From assembly GCA_963698035.1 (NCBI GenBank), contig OY969114.1, forward strand, positions 150,001-182,000: a stretch of 32,000 nucleotides of DNA, read 5' to 3'. Each line of letters begins with the position of its first letter. The first letter of the stretch is position 1. The notes under the pieces are model-generated. The model ran no database searches and was not told the DNA's origin. It saw nothing but the letters and a program-made list of their open reading frames with translations. Both the position numbers and the translations under genes were made by a program. Below, one piece after another: positions 24,694 to 32,000 of this stretch. This stretch comes from Candidatus Saccharimonadota bacterium (GTDB taxonomy: Archaea; Micrarchaeota; Micrarchaeia; Micrarchaeales; Micrarchaeaceae).

Positions 24694-26040
24694 TCACCTG
24701 AATAGCCTTATCCTTACTATCCTCTTGGACTCTATCTCCCTAAGAGCATAGTAGATTATTATCAGCGATATTATCAATATGATGCCGATTACAAGGGCGA
24801 TGTGAGGCATGCCGAACATGAAGAGGAGTATGGCGACTATGCCTATTGTGGTCAGGTATGGGTAGAGTGGGATCTTGAACCCGGCGTTAGCCTTGCTCTT
24901 CCTGAAGTGTATTATGGCAAGGCTCGCCATCAGGTAAGAGAAGAGAAAGCCGAAGTTGCTTATCGCCGCAATCGTGTAGATGTTGCCCGAGAAGAGCATT
25001 ACTACGCCTATGACCGCGGAGAAGAGCGTGGCTGTGGTGGCAACATCCCTCTTTGGGTTGAATCCCCTGAAGAGCTTCGGAAGAAGGCCGTCCTCGGATA
25101 TCTGGTAGAGCATCCTGGACGACCCTATCAGCATTGCAAGCGCTGCCGAGGTAGTTGCTATCAGTGCGCCGATACCTACGATGATTATGAGCCAGTATGG
25201 CGCGTGGACCGCGGTGAGCGCGGCTGAGAGTGGGTCTCCATTTATTCCGTAAGAGGAGCTTGGGAGCAGGAGAAGCAGCCCGATGATTACAAGAAGGTAT
25301 ATTACCATGCTTATACCCACAGAATACAGTAGAGACCTGGCTGCCATTTTAGCGCCGCCCTTGATCCTCGATGCGAAAGTGGATATCACCTGAAATCCAG
25401 AATATGCAAAGAATATCGCAATGCTTGCCGCGAAGAGGGCCGCCAATCCACTTTGAGAAGGCAGCATGGTGAAGTTCTGTGAATTGAGGTGCCCTCCGAA
25501 TACCGTTACAAGGAAGGCGAAGCCTATGAAGAGCGCGAGGACGCCGATCTTTATCACGACGAGGTAGCTGTCGGCCCTTGTTGCACCTCTGATTCCGGAG
25601 AGGTTGACGACCGAGAGCACGCCTATTAGTGCGATTGCGAAGCCGATAGCGTATGCGCCGTTAAAACCAAGAAGGGATGAGAGGTACGACCCGAATCCGA
25701 GCGCTATCACAGATATTGCGGTGGCGTAGGCGAAGTACTGTAATATGCCTGTTATAAAGGCGAGTTCGCTCCCGAAGGCCTCCCTGACGTACGAATACGC
25801 CGCACCCTTTGCGGATGGCATGATTGAGGCAAGCTCGCCGATCTCCGCAGCTATTATTATTGCAACTATGCCCACAATTATGAACGCGGGTATCGCATCC
25901 GAACCTGCTATTGCTATCGCGGTGCCGCTAAGAACGAAGATACCCGAGCCTATTATCGCGCCTAGCCCTACCGCTACCGCGATGAACATGCTTATTTTCT
26001 TGCTATCGACCATTGCACACCCTTTTAGCATTCTTATCAC
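24694..26040 (-). CDS. Amino acid permease (APC superfamily)
   Basis: About 12 TM helices. N-terminal GLGAIIGSGIFVLSG signature. The start may be the internal Met at 26013 (MVDSKK). Confidence 0.8.
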   Translation of the reverse strand: MIRMLKGCAMVDSKKISMFIAVAVGLGAIIGSGIFVLSGTAIAIAGSDAIPAFIIVGIVAIIIAAEIGELASIMPSAKGAAYSYVREAFGSELAFITGILQYFAYATAISVIALGFGSYLSSLLGFNGAYAIGFAIALIGVLSVVNLSGIRGATRADSYLVVIKIGVLALFIGFAFLVTVFGGHLNSQNFTMLPSQSGLAALFAASIAIFFAYSGFQVISTFASRIKGGAKMAARSLLYSVGISMVIYLLVIIGLLLLLPSSSYGINGDPLSAALTAVHAPYWLIIIVGIGALIATTSAALAMLIGSSRMLYQISEDGLLPKLFRGFNPKRDVATTATLFSAVIGVVMLFSGNIYTIAAISNFGFLFSYLMASLAIIHFRKSKANAGFKIPLYPYLTTIGIVAILLFMFGMPHIALVIGIILIISLIIIYYALREIESKRIVRIRLFR

Positions 26041-26076
26041 AAGCTTAAAAATAATTACTTCTAATCAATATGTAGT

Positions 26077-26161
26077 GCAGGGGTCGCGGAGCCTGGTCAA
26101 ACGCGCGAGGTTCAGGGCCTCGTCCCTTAGGGGTTCGTGAGTTCAAATCTCACCCCCTGCA
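26077..26161 (+). tRNA. tRNA-Leu(CAG), 85 nt with a long variable arm
   Basis: Acceptor GCAGGGG/CCCCTGC, anticodon stem CGAGG/CCTCG, loop TTCAGGG, long variable arm TCCCTTAGGGGTTC, T arm GTGAG-TTCAAAT-CTCAC, discriminator A. Confidence 0.85.
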
Positions 26162-26178
26162 TTTCCATAATCTTGCAG

Positions 26179-26964
26179 CTAGGCGCTCTTCGGCTCGACC
26201 CTGAAGGTGCCGGCAGGGAGCTGCTGCATTATTGTGTCTATCTCATGCACGCCTAGAGAGGCTGCTATCTTTTTCGCCGCGTCGGACTTTTGGATCTTAC
26301 CCTGCCTCACAAGCACACGGCTTGAAGGCGCCTCGCGCTTTGACCTGTAAAACGCTGCTTCCGGAGCAACATTTGGGCGCCCATCCTTTGCAAAGAATAC
26401 AAGGGATAGCGCAACATTCCTGTACCATTCCCGCTCGCCGCTCAGCAGGAAGCTGCCAAAGCCTATCGATCCCTTGCTTGTCGACTTGGTTACCTGGCTC
26501 CTGCGCATGGCATAGACGTCAACTGCGTGCAGCATCTCCTTCCACGCACTGGAATAGCAGGCGGCGAACTGCGCCGCCTCCTCCTTCGCCTCATTGCTCG
26601 CCTTGACGCCATCCTTCAATATAGTTACAGAGGCGCCAAAGATGTTGGCGTGGAAGAAGAGGTCACTGTCATCAAAGTGCTTTGAGTTGAGCAGCTCGTT
26701 CTGGTGTGCGTCCCTGCCGCCTATCACAAGCAGGTTGTCGCTCGTGAAGAACCAGTGGAACTTCTCGTACCACTCCTTCTGGATGCTCACCACCTTGGGC
26801 TTTGCCTTCTGCACGGATTGCTTCCTTGCGCCCTCGAGGCGCTTCTCAAGCCTCTTTATGGCAGACTCGGCGCCCGCCCTCTTCTGAGCAAGCCTCTTTG
26901 CCCTGTTGTAGAACGAGTCCGCATTCTCTTGCGCGGATTTTGTGAAGTCGATTGTTATCTTCAT
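26179..26964 (-). CDS. NFACT-R/DUF814-domain protein (Rqc2/FbpA C-terminal-like, RNA-binding)
   Basis: EWYEKFHWFFTSDNLLVIGGRDAHQNELLNSKHFDDSDLFFHANIFGASVTIL is the DUF814 signature. The start is taken at ATG 26964 (MKITIDF). The ORF-track extension to 27168 lies in a second reading frame across the secE gene. Confidence 0.75.
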   Translation of the reverse strand: MKITIDFTKSAQENADSFYNRAKRLAQKRAGAESAIKRLEKRLEGARKQSVQKAKPKVVSIQKEWYEKFHWFFTSDNLLVIGGRDAHQNELLNSKHFDDSDLFFHANIFGASVTILKDGVKASNEAKEEAAQFAACYSSAWKEMLHAVDVYAMRRSQVTKSTSKGSIGFGSFLLSGEREWYRNVALSLVFFAKDGRPNVAPEAAFYRSKREAPSSRVLVRQGKIQKSDAAKKIAASLGVHEIDTIMQQLPAGTFRVEPKSA

Positions 26965-26966
26965 GG

Positions 26967-27164
26967 TTACACAAGCGCGAAGTTGCCTGCGACTAGGAGC
27001 GATATTATTATGGCGATGATGAAGCCTACGAGCCCAATTGTCACTACGCCTATCAGTATCACCTTCGCGGTCTTCTTGTAGCGGTCCTCGCTGGGCTTGT
27101 AGCTGACGTAGAGTATGTGCCTTGCGTTGGTGATGAAGTTCGTGAAATTCGTGATTATGCTCAT
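26967..27164 (-). CDS. secE: Protein translocase SecE / Sec61 gamma subunit
   Basis: 65 aa: FITNARHILYVSYKPSEDRYKKTAKVILIGVVTIGLVGFIIAIIISLL. This is the amphipathic N-region plus single C-terminal TM helix typical of archaeal SecE. Confidence 0.75.
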   Translation of the reverse strand: MSIITNFTNFITNARHILYVSYKPSEDRYKKTAKVILIGVVTIGLVGFIIAIIISLLVAGNFALV

Positions 27165-27235
27165 GCAACCATTATTTAATCCTTTGATGATATAATGAGT
27201 TGCGGATATTTTTATAGCTTTCTTTTCGTGGTTGG

Positions 27236-28381
27236 ATGCCAGATTATGACGCAGTTGTTGTTCATTATGGGGAGCTCTGGCTTAAGGGGAGGAACCGCGG
27301 CGGCTTCATAGGAAGGCTGAAATCGAACGTGGGGGAGGCGCTTGCGGGATTGGACGCTAAGATAGTGGACAACAGGGACAGGTTGCTTATCTACTTCAAG
27401 AGCCAGAAGAATCTCAGCGAATCGCTAGATAGGTTAGGCTATGTATTTGGAATCTCCTGGTTCGGCCCCGTCATGGTCTCGAAGAACACTATCCAATCGA
27501 TAATAAAGGCGTCAAACAGGATTCTCACCAAGAGCGACACGGTGAAAATAGTCGCAAGCAGGTCATACAAGAAGGTCCCTTTCGATTCGTACGAGATTGT
27601 AAGCCGGTTCATAAAGGGATCGGGAAAGCTAAAATTCAAAATAGACCGCGATGCGAAGAGAGAGTTGTTTATAAACGTAACGTCGAAGGGCACCATACTC
27701 TCGTCCAAGAAGATAGGGGGGCTCGGGGGACTGCCTGTCGGATCTTCCGGCAAGGGCGTCCTGCTGCTTTCGGGCGGGATAGACTCGCCGGTCGCGGCAT
27801 TCTACGCGATGAAGAGAGGGCTTGCGCTCTCCTACCTGCACATGCATGCGTTCCGCAAGAACGAAGAGGCCGCAGGATCGAAGATACGGGAACTTCTCTC
27901 CGTCCTTTCGAGGTACGGAGCAGGATCAAGGGTATACTACGCGCCCGCTTATATCTTCCAGTCTGCCACTGTAAGGATACCGCAGAAGTACGAGCTCGTT
28001 GTATTCAGGCGGTTCCTCTACAAGCTTGCGGAGGAGGTCGCAGCCATGGAGGGTGCGGGCGCGATCGCCACTGGTGAGAGCCTGGGGCAGGTCGCATCGC
28101 AGACGCTAGCCAACATGGAAGCGTCGCAGCAGAGTATAGATAAGATAATAATAAGGCCGCTGATTGGATTCGACAAGCTTGAGATCATAGAGAAGGCGAG
28201 GATGCTAGGCACATACGACATATCGATAAGGCAGTACAAGGATGTCTGCTCGATCGGGATAAGGAATCCATCGACAAAGATGAGCGGGGGGCTTGTTTCT
28301 TCTCTCTACAAAAGCTGCGAGCTCGACAAGGCGCTCGAGCGCACCCTGAAGCTCATGGGAAAAACGCAACTCAAGCGGTGA
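27236..28381 (+). CDS. thiI: tRNA 4-thiouridine synthase ThiI (THUMP domain plus PP-loop ATPase)
   Basis: N-terminal ferredoxin-like/THUMP region (VVHYGELWLKGRNR). PP-loop LLSGGIDSPVAA. GESLGQVASQT. Confidence 0.9.
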   Translation: MPDYDAVVVHYGELWLKGRNRGGFIGRLKSNVGEALAGLDAKIVDNRDRLLIYFKSQKNLSESLDRLGYVFGISWFGPVMVSKNTIQSIIKASNRILTKSDTVKIVASRSYKKVPFDSYEIVSRFIKGSGKLKFKIDRDAKRELFINVTSKGTILSSKKIGGLGGLPVGSSGKGVLLLSGGIDSPVAAFYAMKRGLALSYLHMHAFRKNEEAAGSKIRELLSVLSRYGAGSRVYYAPAYIFQSATVRIPQKYELVVFRRFLYKLAEEVAAMEGAGAIATGESLGQVASQTLANMEASQQSIDKIIIRPLIGFDKLEIIEKARMLGTYDISIRQYKDVCSIGIRNPSTKMSGGLVSSLYKSCELDKALERTLKLMGKTQLKR

Positions 28382-29190
28382 TGTAGGAGAACGTCTTCAC
28401 GGCGTCCCTCTTTATCTGGTACTTCTTGCTGAAGTGCTTGAGCAGGTTATGCACGTCCCTGACCAGGAACTCCCGTGCGTTGGGATGCTTTATCGAGACC
28501 GCCTGGCCGAAGTCTATCACATATGGCAGCCCGTGCCAGACCAGTATGTTGTACTCGCTTATGTCGGCGTGGACCAGCCTGCTCCTGTAGAGCTTTCTCA
28601 TGTCGTCCACTATCATATCGAGCATCTTTTCGGGGTCATCCAGCACGGTATCGTTCAGGGTCGGCGCTATCAGGCCCTCCGAGCCTATGAACTGCATCGC
28701 GATTATGGTGCCGTTGAACATGTATGGGGCGGGCGCGTACACGTCAGCCCGTATCGCTATGCCGAGGTTGCCAAACTCCTTCTTGCACCATGTCCTGATT
28801 ATGCTCTCCCTGCTCCTGCCGACCTGCCTCTCGAACCTTCGGATCACCCTTTATGTAGCTGAGCATGTTGTGGAAAGAGGACGCCTCGACCCTGAAGAAC
28901 TTGAGCAGCACGTACCTCTGCCCGCTGACCATATCGGCGCTGCCAGGCTCGGCTAGGTATATGTCGGCCTCCTTGCCCCTTGCTATCGGGCTCTTGAGCG
29001 CGCTTATTATCCCCTTGTTGAAGAACTTGCTGAGGCAGATCATCGTCTTCTCGTCGAATATCCCCTGGTCTACCTTCCTCTGTTCCTTGAGCATGAAGCG
29101 CTCCCTCGGATGGGCGTGCCTCTTCGACCTGCTTCTTGCCATGCTTCGTTTTCGGATTTCATCCTTAAATACGCTCTGCTGAGAGAGCAC
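28371..29190 (-). pseudogene. rio1: RIO-type serine protein kinase interrupted by a single-nucleotide frameshift near 28840-28850
   Basis: The upstream ORF (28744..29190) has IARGKEADIYLA...LLKFFRV...SYIKGD. The downstream ORF (28371..28847) continues in another frame with IRRFERQVGRSRESIIRTWCKKEFGNL...LVHADISEYNILV...VIDFGQAV. Removing one base in gat-c-cga restores YIKGDRRFERQ. Confidence 0.8.
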
Positions 29191-29238
29191 GCAGTCATCC
29201 TTTTATTGTTTTGGGTGCAATAATAGTTAGGTGCGCAA

Positions 29239-29514
29239 ATGGCAGCAAAGAGGAATATGCTAGTGCTAGATCCTGAACAATCGTACAAGAGGCATCTCCA
29301 CTACCTGGAGAAGCATTCCGGTTGGCACATATTCAGGGCGATATACGTAGGCATCTACCTGTTCATAATGGGGATACTCCTGGCTACTCTTGTGCCGAAT
29401 ACATTGAGCTACCACCTCTACATCGGCTGGGGCCTGATGCTGTTGGCGCTCTTCGTGATAATCTACGGTTTCACCACCGCACTGCACCTCAGGTTGATGA
29501 AGAGATATGCCTGA
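29239..29514 (+). CDS. Small membrane protein (2 TM helices)
   Basis: IFRAIYVGIYLFIMGILLATLV and IGWGLMLLALFVIIYGF are hydrophobic helices. No family recognised. Confidence 0.5.
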   Translation: MAAKRNMLVLDPEQSYKRHLHYLEKHSGWHIFRAIYVGIYLFIMGILLATLVPNTLSYHLYIGWGLMLLALFVIIYGFTTALHLRLMKRYA

Positions 29515-29569
29515 TCTCCGGTGAAATGCCCTGGTTAACGGTTTTATAGTCGACTGACCTCTGCTGGTT

Positions 29570-30715
29570 TTGGCTTTGCACAATATATACGAGACAAAGA
29601 ACTACAAGCTGCTTATCGTAATACCGATAGTGCTGCTTATAGTCAGCCTTTTCTTCATACCTAGGATACAGCTCGACCAATCGCTGCGCGGCGGAGTGAA
29701 CATACAGCTCCAGACCAACTCAACAGTAGACGTAAGGGCGCTCACTACCGCTATAGACGCTGCGATACTGGGGGCGCAGTCTAGCGTATCGCTTTCGCCG
29801 GGAGGTGTCTCCATAACTATCGCGTCCAATTCGAGCCTGTCGGCCGCATCGCAGCAGACCCTCTCTGTCTATGGGGGATACAGCAACTATAACAATGCTG
29901 CGGTGCTGCTGGCAGCATACAGGACGCAATTGCAACAGCAGCCAAGCAATCAGACGCTTATCGCTATGATAAATGCGGTGCAGACGAACCAGACAAAAGA
30001 CCTAGCTCAGCTGAACAGCAGCCTGTCTGGGGAGCTCGCCCTTCTTGTTCCGTTCATAGGAGGACCGGCTGCCTTCAATTCAACCAATCCGTCGCAGATG
30101 GTGAGCCTGGCGCAGAGCTCTTACTCGAGCGCGGCCTCAGTGTACCAATCCAAGGTGGTAGCAACGCTGCATGGGTTGATAAGCTTCAGCTCCTACTCCT
30201 ACAACGCCGTAACTGCCACGCTCGGCTCGTTCTTCCTGTCGCAGATGCAGACGATAATAATAGCAGCATTCATCATAGTCGCCATTGCGGTACTCATAAT
30301 ATTCAGGAGCCCGATTCCGGCGCTCGCTGTGGTGTTCAGCTCCGGCAACGACATACTTGTGGCGCTGGGGGTGATGGGGATATCGGGCATACCGCTGGGG
30401 GTTGCATCCATAGGAGGAATACTTATGCTGATAGGATACTCCATTGACACGTCGTTGCTCTCTTCCATAAGGATATTGAAGAGGAGCGAGGGAACCACAA
30501 CCGAAAGGGCCTTCAGCACAATGAAGACGGGAATAACGATGACTTCGGCAGCGATAATAACATTCGCCACGCTGCTCGTGGTGTCGTACATCGCATTCAT
30601 ACCTACGTACTTTGAGATATCCGGAGTTGTTCTTGCAGGACTTGTAGCTGACATATTCACAACGTGGTTCGGCAACACACCGATGGTGCTTGGTACAAGA
30701 AGAGGAAGGAGGTGA
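29570..30715 (+). CDS. secF: Protein-export membrane protein SecF
   Basis: N-terminal TM helix, then LRGGVNIQLQ. The C-terminal 6-TM SecD/F domain has LIGYSIDTSLLSSIRILKR and TMKTGITMTSAAIITF. The start codon is TTG, and there is no in-frame ATG upstream. Confidence 0.85.
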   Translation: MALHNIYETKNYKLLIVIPIVLLIVSLFFIPRIQLDQSLRGGVNIQLQTNSTVDVRALTTAIDAAILGAQSSVSLSPGGVSITIASNSSLSAASQQTLSVYGGYSNYNNAAVLLAAYRTQLQQQPSNQTLIAMINAVQTNQTKDLAQLNSSLSGELALLVPFIGGPAAFNSTNPSQMVSLAQSSYSSAASVYQSKVVATLHGLISFSSYSYNAVTATLGSFFLSQMQTIIIAAFIIVAIAVLIIFRSPIPALAVVFSSGNDILVALGVMGISGIPLGVASIGGILMLIGYSIDTSLLSSIRILKRSEGTTTERAFSTMKTGITMTSAAIITFATLLVVSYIAFIPTYFEISGVVLAGLVADIFTTWFGNTPMVLGTRRGRR

Positions 30716-30725
30716 GGGGAGCGAG

Positions 30726-32000
30726 ATGATGCTGACACAGCTATCTGAAGGATAGGAGGATAATCATCCTCATAGTCATAGCTGTGGTGCTCGCCATATG
30801 CGACGTCCATTTCGGCCTCCATCTGGGGATAGAGTTCGCGGGTGGAACGCAGATACCCGTTACGCTCGAGCAGTCGGTCAATGCGAGCGCGATGGCAAGC
30901 CTGATATCTCGCTCCAGCAGAGGGTATCCACATTCGGCCTCAAGCAGGTAACCGTCGAGGGGATAGGCAACAGCGAGGTTTATGTGATAATACCATCGGT
31001 GTCACCAGCAGAGATAAACCAGACGATAAACATAATACAGAGCCAGGGAAGGTTCGATGGCGTAGTGAATGGACAGGAGGCGGTCAACGGCAGCGACATA
31101 CTCAAGGGAAGCATAGGGCAGCCTACGCCCGAGGTGCTCGAACAACACGGCTGAATGGCAGGTCACCTTCTACATAACCACGACGCGGCTGCAAGCAGTT
31201 CGCGAAGGCGGTCTTCGGCCAGGGCAACAAGCCCCTCTACATGTTCCTTGACAGGCCTACGGCTACCGCCATATTCTTCAACCAGTCGATACCAACGAAT
31301 GTGTCGTCGCTGACATCGCAGAGCACGGCGCTCTCTGCAATCGAGCAGGCGCTCGCGTTCGGCAACCAGACGATACCGGTATTCATGGTGTACAACTCAA
31401 ACGCCAGCGTCCAGAACGCGGAGAACCTCCTGCAGAACAACAAAGGGAAGTACAAGACCGTAATAGCGAGCAGGGGGATAAACGCTACGCTGCTGGCGTA
31501 CCTGCGCGCCAACAATTACACGGTAAGCCTGCAGAACAGGGCGAACATGACGCCCACATTCACAACCCTAGCGCTTAACCAGACAGTAGTCGAGAGCTGG
31601 CCGCTCGTCGGACTTCTCTCCTCGCCTGTGCTCAATCCATCGATAACTAACGGCAACGTGAGCGAGAGCTACGAGATATCCGGAGTCTCGCCCAGCGGGC
31701 TTACAAGGGCGCAGGCGACCCAGTACGCCCAGGAGCAGACAAAGCAGATAGCGAGCATACTGAGCGGTGGTGCACTGCCTGTCGCGGTCTACGCGGGGAC
31801 GCCTTCGACGACGCCGCCGACCCTGGGGGCGCACTTCCTCTACATCAGCATGCTAGCCGGTGGGGTAGCGGTGATACTAGTCTCTGCATTAATAGTTGTA
31901 AGGTACAGGAAGCTCTTCCTTATCGCTCCGATACTCCTCACAACTGCGATGGAGCTCTTCATAATAGTGTCGATAATAGGGCTCGTAGGCACGATCGACC
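30726..32000 (+). pseudogene. secD: Protein-export membrane protein SecD, reading frame broken at least 4 times in its first ~470 nt; continues beyond the window
   Basis: Segments read in different frames: MMLTQLS (frame of 30726). LKDRRIIILIVIAVVLAI...GIEFAGGTQIPVTLEQ...MASLIS (+1). LQQRVSTFGLKQVTVEGIGNSEVYVIIP...PTPEVLE (back to the first frame). NNTAEWQVTFYITTT (+1). KQFAKAVFGQGNKPLYMFLDRP... open to 32000 (+2). The first ATG of the last open frame is at 31241. Confidence 0.75.

Noticed and set aside
25745-26140. Plus-strand ORF of 131 aa
   Set aside because: It is antisense to the APC permease and runs into tRNA-Leu, so it is not credible as a gene.
26965-27168. N-terminal 68 aa of the 329-aa ORF 26179..27168 (MHEHNHEFHELHHQ...)
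   Set aside because: This segment reads the secE locus in a second frame on the same strand. The DUF814 protein has a clean ATG at 26964, and the SecE frame (26967..27164) gives a textbook SecE sequence.
30199-30933. Minus-strand ORF of 244 aa, and minus-strand ORFs 31237..31515 and 31568..31834
   Set aside because: They are antisense to the secF and secD coding sequence. Their apparent hydrophobic stretches mirror the TM helices on the coding strand.

Overview
This is an archaeal chromosomal window. The evidence is TATA-box or leaderless-type promoters, Sec61beta, SecE, SecF and SecD, a RIO kinase, ThiI, ArgRS, and a tRNA with an insertion in its T-loop. The host is possibly a small-genome DPANN/Micrarchaeota-like archaeon, but that is inference only. 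The dominant feature is a ~16-kb insertion (170..16173) that is visibly more AT-rich than the host. It sits in the 3' end of a tRNA-Glu(CUC) gene and has every structural hallmark of a casposon: perfect 88-bp terminal inverted repeats, a perfect 14-bp target-site duplication, a Cas1-family casposase with a C-terminal HTH next to one terminus, a protein-primed family-B DNA polymerase gene, and HNH, HTH and RHH genes. No cas2 gene or CRISPR array is present. Three things are unusual. First, the PolB gene stops before motifs B and C, so it keeps only the exonuclease domain and motif A. Second, the element carries a complete type I restriction-modification module (hsdR, a small RHH gene, hsdS, hsdM), followed directly by an 820-aa orphan protein with a C-terminal PD-(D/E)xK-like nuclease signature. 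Third, it carries two cysteine-rich surface-protein genes. The rest of the window (16.2-32 kb) is GC-richer host DNA: tRNA-Glu, tRNA-Arg(CCU) with an 18-nt T-loop insertion, tRNA-Leu(CAG), argS, thiI, an Obg/YchF-family GTPase, an APC permease, an NFACT-R/DUF814 protein, and secE, sec61beta and secF. It also holds a RIO kinase gene broken by one frameshift and a secD gene broken by at least four. All calls rest on reading motifs by eye. No database search was run.
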